The notes under the pieces are model-generated. The model ran no database searches. It had not been told where the DNA came from and was given only the letters and a program-made list of their open reading frames with translations. DNA of 64,000 nucleotides from Macrostomum lignano. Taxonomy: Eukaryota. The stretch spans positions 62,001-126,000 of the forward strand of contig NIVC01000731.1 of the NCBI GenBank assembly GCA_002269645.1. The letters are read 5' to 3'. Each line of letters starts with the position of its first letter. The stretch's first letter is position 1. The position numbers and the translations under genes are program-made. Below, one piece after another: positions 1 through 13,423 of the stretch.

Positions 1-1430
1 GACTGACTGACTGACTGACTGACTGACTGACTGACTGACTGACTGACTGACTGACTGACTGACTGACTGACTGACTGACTGACTGACTGACTGACTGACT
101 GACTGACTGACTGACTGACTGACTGACTGACTGACTGACTGACTGACTGACTGACTGACTGACTGACTGACTGACTGACTGACTGACTGACTGACTGACT
201 GACTGACTGACTGACTGACTGACTGACTGACTGACTGACTGACTGACTGACTGACTGACTGACTGACTGACTGACTGACTGACTGACTGACTGACTGACT
301 GACTGACTGACTGACAAACTGACTGACTGACTGACTGACTAACTGACTGACTAACTGACTGACTGACTGACTGACTGACTGACTGACTGACTGACTGACT
401 GACTGACTGACTGACTGACTGACTGACTGACTGACTGACTGACTGACTGACTGACTGACTGACTGACTGACTGACTGACTGACTGACTGACTGACTGACT
501 GACTGACTGACTGACTGACTGACTGACTGACTGACTGACTGACTGACTGACTGACTGACTGACTGACTGACTGACTGACTGACTGACTGACTGACTGACT
601 GACTGACTGACTGACTGACTGACTGACTGACTGACTGACTGACTGACTGACTGACTGACTGACTGACTGACTGACTGACTGACTGACTGACTGACTGACT
701 GACTGACTGACTGACTTTAGTGAGTGACCTGACTGACTGACTGACTGACTGACTGACTGACTGACTGACTGACTGACTGACTGACTGACTGACTGACTGA
801 CTGACTGACTGACTGACTGACTGACTGACTGACTGACTGACTGACTGACTGACTGACTGACTGACTGACTGACTGACTGACTGACTGACTGACTGACTGA
901 CTGACTGACTGACTGACTGACTGACTGACTGACTGACTGACTGACTGACTGACTGACTGACTGACTGACTGACTGACTGACTGACTGACTGACTGACTGA
1001 CTGACTGACTGACTGACTGACTGACTGACTGACTGACTGACTGACTGACTGACTGACTGACTGACTGACTGACTGACTGACTGACTGACTGACTGACTGA
1101 CTGACTGACTGACTGACTGACTGACTGACTGACTGACTGACTGACTGACTGACTGACTGACTGACTGACTGACTGACTGACTGACTGACTGACTGACTGA
1201 CTGACTGACTGACTGACTGACTGACTGACTGACTGACTGACTGACTGACTGACTGACTGACTGACTGACTGACTGACTGACTGACTGACTGACTGACAAA
1301 CTGACTGACTGACTGACTGACTAACTGACTGACTAACTGACTGACTGACTGACTGACTGACTGACTGACTGACTGACTGACTGACTGACTGACTGACTGA
1401 CTGACTGACTGACTGACTGACTGACTGACT
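1..1430. repeat. (GACT)n microsatellite, runs off the window start
   Basis: Near-pure GACT tetramer. The variant pattern GACAAACT...AACT recurs at ~313 and ~1295. ORF 717..1622 (SQSV)n is its translation. Confidence 0.98.
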
Positions 1431-2160
1431 GAGAATGCGGCACAACTGCCTGTTGCCTGTTGGGCAGCACTGCAGTCTGTCCCGTGTTGATGCGCCCGCC
1501 AAATGCAATAACCGGCCCCAGCAGAACCTTTTAATCGGATAAAGCGAGCCGCAGGCCTGGGCTGGAGAATTATTAATTAGTAAAAATTTAACTGAAACCG
1601 CGGCTTCGCTCAGAGAGACCAACGCATGCGTGGTCGCGGTGGAAAAAAAGTTTGATCCCAGCCAGGCAGAACTTGGGAATTTCTCCCTAACTGTCTCCTT
1701 CGGTCCCCCTTCCCATGACCGCCTGGCCAGCCCTCTATTCTGCCGTCGGGAGCTGTCCCACAGTTTTTCTGCTTCAACCTTCTATCTGTCCTGCGGCCTC
1801 CACAGCAGCAAAAAGCTCTCGAAGCTCCGAGACCCAAGCGTCCGCCAGCCCCCCCCCCCCCACTGATCTCCAGACCGTCCGGCATTGAGAACGGGAACAC
1901 ATGCTTCCGCGCTGAGTCCCAGCCGCTTCAACGACTCGCTTGAGTCGGTGACCATAAGTGCAGCAGCGGCTGGTCGACAGAGGCTAGAGGGCGGGGACGA
2001 CCCAGTCGGGGCGAATGAGTACCTTCAATTAAACCCTTGCCCGGGATCGGCAGCCTTGCCAAGTGTTTCCAAGGCTTATAGCGTGAGGCCGGGGATCACG
2101 GCTTTAGAAATTCTGCTCCTGCGCAACAAGAAGACTCCCTAACCTCTCCTATTGCTTTTG

Positions 2161-2750
2161 TCAAGAATTCTTCGGGCCGATCAAGGCACTTAGGCACCTT
2201 GTGTGCTGCCCTATCCCGAGCGATCGCCCCAATACCTTTCGGTGAAATTGCATGCGGCATTGCCAGCCGCTCCCGCAGCCCGCGAGCTGCTCAAAACCTT
2301 CTTGCCACTCTCTTAAAAATTTGTTTGCAAAATCTGACGCCGCAACAGGAGAGCGCGTGTTGCTGCCTCTCTGCATTGTCTCCGAGAGGATTTTCTCTCG
2401 ATTCTCGGGATCAGCATAGATCGAGAAAGGCATTTTTGTTTCCGCTGCAGCCGGGCCAAAAGGGAATTTATCCCCGGTTGCTGCCTGCATGCCGTGTATC
2501 CCGCCCGTGCACGCAATCTCCCCTGCCGCTGTCCGCGAAATATTTTCAAGTCCAAAGAGAACTGGTCAAAACAGTGAGCGATGCATATCCTCCCAACTTT
2601 GCTGCTGCGCACTTCAGCGGTTGAACTCCCAGCTTGATAAGCGATTCGGTTCGCCCCCCAACCCTGCCCGCCGCGCTGCAGTCCCGATTCGGAAGATCGT
2701 ATAAATAGAAGCGGTCACCAGCGGCGGGCGGTCGGTCCTGCGCGTTCATC
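2161..2750 (-). CDS. Possible small two-exon coding region (about 2750-2719 joined to about 2560-2161), unknown product
   Basis: A phase-1 donor GCTG|GTGACC and a phase-1 acceptor TTTGACCAG|TT join MMNAQDRPPAA to the 2161..2490 ORF frame. No recognisable domain. Confidence 0.25.
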
Positions 2751-5700
2751 ATGCCCGGAGCTTCTGTCAAAGCTGCAGACGTTCGGCAGACAAAAAATGC
2801 TTTAAAAATTGCCTCGCCGACAATGGAATGCCTGAATTGTTTGTCGCACATGCAGCTAGTGCGCCTTTCTCGCATCCTCGCGCAAACAGATTGGCTATGC
2901 TGCATGGTATAACAAATCCCTATTGGTAAGATACAGTCCCAGTTGTGTAGGCATGGGTTTCGCATGCTGCAGAAGCTCTTCTGGGGCATCCATCAATGAG
3001 GGTGTGTACACTGATACTGCAGAAACCTGGTGTTGCTTTCTGCGTGAAACTGAACGAATACCCCCGTTGGACAAGCACCTAATTGCACTGTTCAGCTACC
3101 GTGTCTGCATGGATACTCGTTTAAAATTAAGTACTCGCATTTGACAATATGAGGAAATGCCAGCGAGGAACTTAAAAATAATTAACACGGTTATTTGGTC
3201 ACATTGTCATCTATACATTTCATCTATACATGTATACATGTATATATATTGTGTTGTGGCATGGCCGTTTAATCGATCGTAAATATATTACCCGGCTCTT
3301 GCGCTACTCACTAATGCACCGACGTTGTAAGGCAGCAGGCTGTGTGGCCGTTGGCGCTTATTGTTATACTTGTACGATCGCGTAGATCGAATTGACGGGC
3401 GAGGTCGCCGCAATGTCAACAACCTGCCCGCTGCGCCCCACACATCTCCTTATGTGGGTCCACTGACTTTTAGCCCTATAGAGTCTCCGACCCACGATCA
3501 GTTCAAGCCAAGTCTAAAATTACACGAAAAACCAATAGCCAATCAGAGGGCAAAGGAGGGTACAAGCAGCTGGACGCAGACAGCTTTGGGCGGGTCAGCC
3601 AATCACAGCAGAGTTAGGGGGCGGTCGCATGGCTGGCGCGTAAACAACTTAGAGGGCAAAAAAATGGGGTGGGGCACAAACAAGTTAGCAGCTTAGGGGG
3701 GCTGAGAGAGAAAAATGGACAAGTGCAGGCGCCGGGCACACTTGACTGAGAGTGCCAGGTTTTGCAAGTGCACCCAGGCACAACAATTGTCAAATTACAA
3801 GCTGGGAGATCAGAAGCTAGATTAATGACAGGCCATACCAGTATATCTGGTTAAACAGGTGATTGGCATGATAATAAGGTGAAATTATAAAACGTAATGA
3901 ATTCTTGAAAGCTGCGCGGTTGATCAGGAGCAATCCAATTATCTGAGCTCAGGCAGAACATCGAAGTTATTTGAATCCTGCCTTTTTGTTTAACTCAGCC
4001 TTCAACTCAGACAACATCATCTTGAATCGTGAATCAGACAAAATCGCCTGAGATATGCAATAAGTATCATATATCTGAGGCAGGCCTTAAACCATGGTTT
4101 TATTCACCCATGCTTTAAACTACGAGTAGAAAAGCTCGTTAAATTGTTAGAAATTTCGAGGAAACCATGCTCTGCACGTGGGCATCCAGGATTGACGATC
4201 TTGAAGAATAGAAAAATATCATAGGTCAGATACATCCCAGACAACTCATTGTTGGTTGTTACTGGGCTCAGAAGTAAATAATAAACTGAAAGTTTCCTTA
4301 GAATTCAATCAATTCATCCAATATGGCAATAAAGAATCCATCCGATTCAAATCAATTGTATTTGACATTGCCATTGACAACTGAGTTACTGTTACTGTCA
4401 CTGATACTGATAAGAGTGATAGGCATTATTTGTTGACGCCTATGGTAGACCTATTGCAATGGGCCATGCCGCCATGCCTTTAATTTTAATCACTTACTCA
4501 CCTTATGCTTGTAACATTGTGATTATCTTTTGTGTCTTAGGGCCTATTTGATAATTTTAGCCCTAATTTATTTCACAAAGCTAGAGTCCAATATACTAAA
4601 AATGAGTTATCTGTGATAATAGATCTAAAAAAGCCAAGTAGGCATTATAATATAACTAAGTTATTTAATATTCAGTTATTTGTTATGTTGCAATCTAATC
4701 TAGACTAGAAGTAGAACTAGGGTTTATAACAAGTAAATTTAAAATTTTGAGTTTAGTTTTGGCCTAGCTAGGGCCTATAGCTATAGAGTATAACTATAAA
4801 TATAAGGCAATTTAAGGTATTTGTCATTTGAGATTGGCCTACAAAAATAAAAATATCTTATTCTTAAATACCATTATCTTAGCCTATTCAAAATTTGTAA
4901 TTTTTAACAAGTTAGTTTTTTTATAGTAGGCCTATGGTATTTTAATGAAATATAGGCCTAGCTCAAGACATTTTGGATTTTTTGCAAAGGTAATTTTGGC
5001 AAATATGGTTTTAAGGCAATGTCCTAATTTCTAGCAATAAATTATTTTGACATTAGTTCTTTTAACAAATGAACTAGGCCTAAAACAAGTTTATTAAAGT
5101 ATATTTAAGGTCTGCTAAGTCACTATTGCAAATTAAAGCAATAGGCCTAGCTAATATGTGTTGCCTAAGATATACATTTTGACTGATAGATGGCTAGTAA
5201 GCATACAATGCACTTCCTAATTACATGCTTGTCAATCACTATATTTTTTTTATCTCAACCTTAAACATAAGACCTTATAAGACTTTAAGTATGCATTAAT
5301 AAACTTGTTTTCATTTGTTAAAAATCTAGTATCAAAATAGTTTAATATTAAGAAACTAGGATATTTCTTGTTTTATTAATAGCACTGCCTTTTATAGAAA
5401 TAAATACACTTCTATTATGTAAGATAGCCATTAGTTTGTGGTCATGCATAGCCTAGAGATTATAAATATAAATAGGGATCTAGTAGGCTTAGTGTTTAAA
5501 TATTTAATATTTAAGACCAGATTTAAGGCTAGACCAGATTATAAAAATGGTATTATTTTTTGCAGGTATTATAAGCAATTAATAGGTATAAAAATTTATT
5601 CTTGCATATACAAGTACATGCAATTAAAATGTAGTTTATAATTCTATTCTTGCTATAGACCAACCTCTAGACTACACAAGCCATCTTTGACTATTTATGT

Positions 5701-5929
5701 AAGTGTATCTATTCATAAGAAAAAGTACAAAGATTTATTATGCATTCCAATATATTATTTAGTAAATTATGATATATTTGTATCTTCAAGCCATTTTGGA
5801 GCAAAAATGGGCCTAATTGTTATATTTCTTGATAACAAAGTTGTTAATTTTGTATATACTTAACATAATAAATTTTGCATATACAATTTTTCATACACCA
5901 TACACTGTATTTGAAAAAAAGAATCATTG

Positions 5930-6850
5930 ATCCCCTCAGTTCCTGGTTCCTAATTCCTTATCTCCCTCAGTTCCCGATTCCCCATCCTTGATCTCTCTTC
6001 AGTTCCCGATTCCCCATCCCTGATTTCCCTTCAGTTCCCGATTCCCTATCCTTGATCTCTCTTCAGTTCCCGATTCCCCATCCCTGATCTCCCTTCAGTT
6101 CCCGATTCCCTATCCTTGATCTCTCTTCAGTTCCCGATTCCCCATCCCTGATCTCCCTTCAGTTCCCGATTCCCCATCCCTGATTTCCCTCAGTTCCCGA
6201 TTCCCCATCCCTGATCTCCCTTCAGTTCCCGATTCCCTATCCTTGATCTCTCTTCAGTTCCCGATTCCCCATCCCTGATCTCCCTTCAGTTCCCGATTCC
6301 CCATCCCTGATTTCCCTCAGTTCCCGATTCCCCATCCCTAATCCTCTCAGTTCCCGATTCCCCATCCCTAATCCCCTCAGTTCCCGATTCCCCATCCCTG
6401 ATTTCCCTCAGTTCCCGATTCCCCATCCCTAATCCCCCAGTTCCCGATTCCCCATCCCTAATCCCCCCAGTTCCCGATTCCCCATCCCTGATTTCCCTCA
6501 GTTCCCGATTCCCCATCCCTAATCCCCTCAGTTCCCGATTCCCCATCCCTAATCCCCTCAGTTCCCGATTCCCCATCCCTGATCTCCTCAGTTCCCGATT
6601 CCCCATCCCTGATCTCCCTCAGTTCCCGTTTCTCCATCCCTGATCTCCCTCAGTTCCCGTTTCTCCATCCCTGATCTCCTCAGTTCCCGTTTCTCCATCC
6701 CTGATCTCCTCAGTTCTCGTTTCTTCATCCCTGATCTCCTCAGTTCCCGTTTCTCCATCCCTGATCTCCTCAGTTCCCGTTTCTCCATCCCTGATCTCCC
6801 TCAGTTCCCCTTTCTCATCCCTGATCTCCTCAGTTCCCGTTTCTCTATCC
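5930..6850. repeat. ~30-bp minisatellite (CAGTTCCCGATTCCCCATCCCTGATCTCCCT-like)
   Basis: About 30 tandem units with gradual variant drift. Confidence 0.95.
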
Positions 6851-6854
6851 CTGA

Positions 6855-7427
6855 TCCTACCCGTGGTTTCCATTCCTGGCGGACATGGACTACTGTCTGG
6901 TCGAAGTCTCCACGGCAGTCTCGGACGCGGAGCTCCGTTCGCTGAACTTGACGCCCGCCTTCGACCAGCCGGAGCCGACCAGCGCGCCATCGGCAGCTCC
7001 GGTCAGCCTGGTCAACCAGGACGGCTCGGCTGCCGCGGCCAGCGCTGGCGGAGCGGTGCACCTGCGAATGCCGGAGCGCTGGGTGCTGGAGCGGCTGCAG
7101 CCCGTCTGCCGGCCGCTGGTGCTCTCTGAAGTCACCGGGGACACCACCGCCGCCGCTGCCGCCGCCACCGATTCGCCGCGCTGGCGGTCGCTACGCCAGG
7201 TGGCCGCCGTCTGCCGCCTCCGCCGTCGCTTTTTGAAGCCGCAGCCGCTGCCGGTGAAGGCGCCGCCTCCGCCGCCACTTCCACAAGAAACAACGCCGCA
7301 GGCAGCGGCAGAGCCGGAAGCAGACAAGGCCAAGAAAAAGAAGAAAAAGCAGGACAAGAAGCGAACCCATCGCATCAGCGGTGAGGACGAAGTTGCAACT
7401 CAGGTTTATAGGCAGGTTTACAGTTGA
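6855..7427 (+). CDS. Probable terminal or single coding exon; low-complexity, Lys-rich protein of unknown function
   Basis: GC-rich open frame 6855-7427 (ATG at 6885, 180 aa) with poly-Ala, poly-Pro and a KKKKKK tract. AATAAA at ~7552. The 5' splice acceptor is not evident. Confidence 0.5.
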   Translation, partial: SYPWFPFLADMDYCLVEVSTAVSDAELRSLNLTPAFDQPEPTSAPSAAPVSLVNQDGSAAAASAGGAVHLRMPERWVLERLQPVCRPLVLSEVTGDTTAAAAAATDSPRWRSLRQVAAVCRLRRRFLKPQPLPVKAPPPPPLPQETTPQAAAEPEADKAKKKKKKQDKKRTHRISGEDEVATQVYRQVYS

Positions 7428-7619
7428 GATCCTCTAGCTGAGCACGAGGCGGATCGAATCCCCGAGAGACTAACAGTACGAGTAGTGTATTTTTCATTTG
7501 AGAAGCATGCAGTACTGCTAAGCGTGTCCGCTGTGATGGTGTCCTGTATCAAATAAAATTCTATGATAGGCTCAGCCTGACTTATAGCCACTGGTTCTTG
7601 CGAGCTGTCTGTGGCATAC

Positions 7620-8205
7620 AAATCCCACACTGAATACCTGTGTCTAAATCCCACACTGAATACCTGTGTCTAAATCCCACACTGAATACCTGTGTCTAAA
7701 TCCCACACTGAATACCTGTGTCTAAATCCCACACTGAATACCTGTGTCTAAATCCCACACTGAATACCTGTGTCTAAATCCCACACTGAATTCCTGTGTC
7801 TAAATCCCACACTGAATTCCTGTGTCTAAATCCCACACTGAATTCCTGTGTCTAAATCCCACACTGAATTCCTGTGTCTAAATCCCACACTGAATTCCTG
7901 TGTCTAAACCCCACACCCTCAATACCTGTCTAAACCCCAAACCCTCAATACCTGTCTAAACCCCACACCCTCAATACCTGTCTAAACCCCACACCCTCAA
8001 TACCTGTCTAAACCCCACACCCTCAATACCTGTCTAAACCCCACACCCTCAATACCTGTCTAAACCCCACACCCTCAATACCTGTCTAAACCCCACACCC
8101 TCAATACCTGTCTAAATCCCACACCATCAATACCTGTCTAAACCCCACACCCTCAATACCTGTCTAAACCCCACACCCTCAATACCTGTCTAAACCCCAC
8201 ACCCT
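7620..8205. repeat. 26-bp minisatellite (AAATCCCACACTGAATACCTGTGTCT) grading into a related variant unit
   Basis: Direct tandem units visible. Confidence 0.95.
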
Positions 8206-8889
8206 GAATGTTGGTGCACCCGAATTTGCACCCGAATTTGCACCCCGAGTTTGCACACGAATTTGCAAGCGCAAACAAATAAAGTAAAATGCTGCGGTGT
8301 TACTGGTTAGCAGGGTAAGTTCAACAGAACAGATGCGAATGTACTTTTAAAAGAACTGTCATTGACCAATCAGGTTAAAGATAGGATTTTTAGGTGGCTA
8401 TAGTTGTTATCCACTTGTTATGCACTGATGGTTAGTAATGTATTATAGCGTACACATGTAATTTTAGTTACGTGAAATCAATACAAGTGAAAAGCGTACA
8501 TTTCGAAATATTTAATTGCTCGATAGATGGAATATTCGGAAAAATCAATAAACAATAAAAATGGTTCCGGATGGTGCCAGCCTTCATTCAGTATCTACAA
8601 TGCTTCGTAAAAACAATTTCTTCACTGACACTGATGTACAATAAGTAATTAAAACTGGTACATAAGCGTGCAAATAAACTACTGATCAAGTAGCGACATG
8701 CGACACAGTTCAGGTAAACAAAACTTGGGTGCAGAAACACGATTATTAATGACAATTATAAATTATCACCATGGCAACACAGCCGACCTACTTTACTTTT
8801 GCTACTTAATTTCTCCTGCAATGTCCCTATCGCACTACTCGTGACTCAGTCAGTAGTTAGCGGAAGTTCCCTCTGGCCAGTGCACACCA

Positions 8890-11009
8890 TCAGGCGGTGT
8901 ACTCGCCCTGGCTGGACTGCAGGTGCGGCGCGATGCTGGTGGACGTCGGGAACGGGTCCTGCGGCATCTCGGCGTACCGAGTCCCCTCGTACTGCGGGTT
9001 GTTGAGCTCCGGGTACAGCAGCAGGATCTTCTTGTCCAGCGCGGACTCCTTGAAGCTGTACACAAAGTGGAACACTGTGAACAGGCCGCAGACGGAGAAC
9101 AGGATGCTGCCCAGCACCGTGAGGATGAAGCTGTCGCCCAGGCGGAACAGCGGGTTCGAGGCCATCTTGTTCGTCAGGCAGCCGCCCATGATGCCGCTCA
9201 CCACGCCGCCGAACACCCCTGCGGAGCACCCGGTTTCCTTCCTGACTCTGATGTGACAGCTGGTCTCTCAGTCTCCCTGCACTGCCTTCCTGACTCTGAT
9301 GTGACAGCTGGTCTCTCAGTCTCCCTGCACTGCCTTCTTGACTCTGGTGTGACAGCTGGTCTCTCAGTCTCCCTGCACTGCCTTCCTGACTCTGATGTGA
9401 CAGCTGGTCTCTCAGTCTCCCTGCACTGCCTTCCTGACTCTGATGTGACAGCTGGTCTCTCAGTCTCCCTGCACTGCCTTCCTGACTCTGATGTGACAGC
9501 TGGTCTCTCAGTCTCCCTGCACTGCCTTCCTGACTCTGATGTGACAGCTGGTCTCTCAGTCTCCCTGCACTGCCTTCCTGACTCTGATGTGACAGCTGGT
9601 CTCTCAGTCTCCCTGCACTGCCTTCCTGACTCTGATGTGACAGCTGGTCTCTCAGTCTCCCTGCACTGCCTTCCTGACTCTGATGTGACAGCTGGTCTCT
9701 CAGTCTCCCTGCACTGCCTTCTTGATATCCCTACCTCTCTTTTAACGACTAGAATCTCTCTCCCAACCCTCTACTCTCCCAACCCTCTACTCTCTCAGTC
9801 CCTCTACTCTCCCAACATCTCTACTCTCCCAACCCTCTACTCTCTCAGTCCCTCTACTCTCCCAACATCTCTACTCTCCCAACATCTCTACTCTCCCAAC
9901 CCTCTACTCTCTCAGTCCCTCTAATCTCCCAACCCTCTACTCTCCCAATCCCTCAACTCACCAGCGGTGACCTGGAAGCCGCTGGCCATGACGGTGCAGA
10001 GTTTGTCCAGGCGGTGCCTGGCCGAGAAGGCGTGAACTCCCTGGCTGACCAGAGCCGCGACTCCCGTCAGGATGGCAAAGATGGCGCAGACTTTCGCCTC
10101 TAGCAGGTCGCCCTTGCCCTTCACGCCCTTGCCAGAAAGCCCAGCGGAGAGGGTTGGGGATGAGCTGTGTGATGCCTGGATGGACTGGGATCCAGGATTG
10201 AGGAGATGCGGCACGAGGCATTGAAAATCAGCACAAAAGAAACTCGGCTTGGCTGCCCGAACCTCCGCGAATCGAGATGCCCCGGGGGCAGCTGCATTTA
10301 TGGGAAATTTCCTTTGATAATCTGGGATCTGATGGAGACAGCTGGGAATTGGGAATCAATAGGGAAACAAGCAAAGAAATCCTTTAATCTGCTTCACTTA
10401 ACCATTGATTTTTGCTTTCCTGGGTTGATTGCATTCCGATTATTATCTTAATTTTTCTGGGGAGGGGGCAGCTGAGGATCTGGGATTTGATCTGGCAGCC
10501 ACTGAGGATCTGGCGGGTGGCAGCTGAACAATCTGGGAGGCTGGCCCAGCAACTGAGGATCTTGGAGGCTGGCCCAGCAACTGAGGATCTGGAAGGGCGG
10601 CAACTGAGGATCTGGGAAGGCGGCAGCTGAGGATCTGGGAGGGCGAGCTGAGGGCAGCTGAGGATCTGGAAGGGCAGCTGAGGATCTGGGAGGGCAGCAA
10701 CTGGGATCTGGGAGGGCAACTGAGTATCTGGGAGGGAGGCAACTGAGGATCTGGAGGGCAGCAACCCCATCACCCAGAACCCAGTGGCGCTGATCTCCCA
10801 CCAGTCCCGGGTTCAGATCCTCGGAGTTCCTTGGCCTTGATGAAGTTGGGATTGTCCCAGTTGTTAACCAGGCTCTCCAGCACGCCCTTCTGCTTGTCCA
10901 GCCGGGTGAGCAGGCCCATGCCCCAGAACGGGGTGACCAGGCCGATGAAGCTGAGAATGAAGCCGATCACAATCAGGCCGAACACGGTCGCGCGCACAGG
11001 GTCGGTCAT
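8890..11009 (-). CDS. Claudin/PMP22-like four-TM protein, ~255 aa, 3 exons (11009-~10774, ~10164-9962, 9218-8890)
   Basis: TM1 followed by TPFW, three further hydrophobic helices, and an LGDSFILTVLG motif before TM4. The exon2/3 junction G|GTGAGT...CAG|GG is phase-consistent. The exon1/2 junction is uncertain. Confidence 0.7.
9240..9725. repeat. 48-bp intronic minisatellite, ~10 copies
   Basis: CCTGACTCTGATGTGACAGCTGGTCTCTCAGTCTCCCTGCACTGCCTT tandem, in intron 2 of the claudin-like gene. Confidence 0.95.
9760..9950. repeat. CTCTACTCTCCCAAC-type minisatellite
   Basis: Tandem units abutting the donor at 9961. Confidence 0.85.
10465..10760. repeat. ~21-bp degenerate minisatellite (GGCAGCTGAGGATCTGGGAGG)
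   Basis: Tandem units in intron 1 of the claudin-like gene. Confidence 0.85.
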
Positions 11010-11579
11010 TGTTTTGCCGGAGCTGCCTTTGTCGCCTCTGCTGCCGGCCTCGCTCTGCCCAAAGTCGGTGGCTTGAGAATTCTTTAGCTGCTCCTAATGA
11101 AATCCACTGAGCTGCGCCGAGTCACTTCCGGGGTTTCTCTCGTCTTGTCGACTTGCGGGGCAGGGGGGTTGCTCTTGAATAGCTGACAAGCAGGTGGGCT
11201 CCGCGACTCTCCCCCTCTGCGTACTCACCGCCTGCAATGTACATTGAATGTGTCAGGAGAAGTGTTTAGAGAAGGCGCAGGCTTGTCCCTGTGTCTCGGC
11301 CGGGGCTTGAGCTGAGCGGGCAGGTTAGAGAAGCGGTCTTTCGTCTCAAGCAAGAGCTTGCTGGATTTCTGCACTGCCTGTCACAGTTGCAGTCCAACTG
11401 TGGAGTGAATGTACAGCTCACTAGAATGTAGCAGATTGACTTGCATTATACATGTAATTGCTTTTGCATGGCCTGGCAGGCTCAGGAAAATAATATTTTT
11501 TTTCAAATGAGGAAGATAGCTCGTTTTGCTTCACTTGCGAGTGCATTCTCATCCCTAAGCTGGGATGGCTTCAGGCTCC

Positions 11580-12765
11580 ACCTGGAGTTTTTGGAGTTTT
11601 CCCACCGGAGTTTTCCCACCTGGAGTTTTCGGAGTTTTCCCACCTGGAGTTTTCGGAGTTTTCCCACCTGGAGTTTTCGGAGTTTTCCCACCTGGAGTTT
11701 CGGAGTTTTCCCACCTGGAGTTTCGGAGTTTTTCCACTGGAGTTTTCCCACCTGGAGTTTTCCCAACCGGAGTTTTCCCACCGCATTTTACCACCTGGAG
11801 TTTTGGGAGTTTTCCCACCTGGAGTTTCGGAGTTTTCCCACCTGGAGTTTCGGAGTTTTCCCACCTGAAGTTTTCGGAGCTTTCCCACCCGGAGTTTCGG
11901 AGTTTTCCCACCCGGAGTTTCGGAGTTTTCCTACCTGGAGTTTCGGAGTGGAGTTTTCCCACCTGGAGTTTTCCCAACCGGAGTTTTCCCACCGCATTTT
12001 ACCACCTGGAGTTTTGGGAGTTTTCCCACCTGGAGTTTCGGAGTTTTCCCACCTGGAGTTTCGGAGTTTTCCCACCTGAAGTTTTCGGAGCTTTCCCACC
12101 CGGAGTTTCGGAGTTTTCCCACCTGGAGTTTCGGAGTTTTCCCACCTGGAGTTTCGGAGTTTTTCCACTGGAGTTTTCCCACCTGGAGTTTTCCCAACCG
12201 GAGTTTTCCCACCGCATTTTACCACCTGGAGTTTTGGGAGTTTTCCCACCTGGAGTTTCGGAGTTTTCCCACCTGGAGTTTCGGAGTTTTCCCACCTGAA
12301 GTTTTCGGAGCTTTCCCACCCGGAGTTTCGGAGTTTTCCCACCCGGAGTTTCGGAGTTTTTCCACTGGAGTTTTCCCACCTGGAGTTTCGGAGTTTTCCC
12401 ACCCGGAGTTTCGGAGTTTTCCCACCCGGAGTTTCGGAGTTTTTCCACTGGAGTTTTCCCACCTGGAGTTTCAGAGTTTTCCCACCCGGAGTTTCGGAGT
12501 TTTTCCACTGGAGTTTTCCCACCTGGAGTTTTCCCAACCGGTGTTTTCCCACCGCATTTTACCACCTGGAGTTTTGGGAGTTTTCCCACCCGGAGTTTCG
12601 GAGTTTTTCCACTGGAGTTTTCCCACCTGGAGTTTCAGAGTTTTCCCACCCGGAGTTTCGGAGTTTTTCCACTGGAGTTTTCCCACCTGGAGTTTTCCCA
12701 ACCGGTGTTTTCCCACCGCATTTTACCACCTGGAGTTTTGGGAGTTTTCCCACCTGGAGTTTCGG
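11580..12765. repeat. GGAGTTTTCCCACCTGGAGTTTC-type minisatellite with higher-order repeats
   Basis: Tandem units. The CAACCGG...CGCATTTTA variant block recurs several times. Confidence 0.95.
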
Positions 12766-13423
12766 AGTCCCCCCCTTGAGATTTCCAGCTGTTTTCTAGT
12801 CAAGTCTCGGTGGGAAACCACGAGAAAAAACCGTAACCTCATCAGGGCAATTTTTGTGGTAAAAGCTTAAACTTCAACATCACGGATAGCTACTTTAAGT
12901 AAGCTACTCGTATGCAGCAAGCCGCATTAATAAGGATGTAAGGACCTTTTTAAATATCAGAACATGAAGCTCTAAGACATACTTTTACATTTAAATTTTC
13001 TTCATCCGGAATGTATTCATTGTAGATGCTCCGCAAGCATTTGAATCGATGCTTCTCTCATTTCTTCATTAAATTAAGCTAAGATTTATTCTTAAAAATA
13101 TTTTTCCGGTAAGCCCAGTCGCAGTTACCACTCGACAGGTACCGGAAATAAATAAAAAGCTTTAGATGCAGGACTTCGGCAATGAGACGCTGTGGATGAA
13201 TCAACCAAACAAGAAAACAAGAAAACAGGATAGTGTGAAAGCAGAGTGTACAACAGAGGCAGGGAGACAGATGGAGAACAATGGCACAGTAACAGGGCTT
13301 ACTCAAGCTTAAGTATAGCTGTCTCAGCTCAGACACACCTTGCAGGCTACAATCTCAGCTAGCAAGTGCCGCAGTTGGCCGCAGAGGTGCTCAGAAATTT
13401 GCAGTGCAATATCTCTGCCTCCC

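Noticed and set aside
717-1622. (SQSV)n ORF and the similar repeat ORFs at 11.4-12.9, 15.0-18.3 and 23-26.6 kb
   Set aside because: Translations of micro- and minisatellites, often open in several frames and on both strands.
3530-3630. Promoter (three CCAAT boxes and GC boxes)
   Set aside because: The motifs are present, but I cannot link them to a transcription start or gene from sequence alone.
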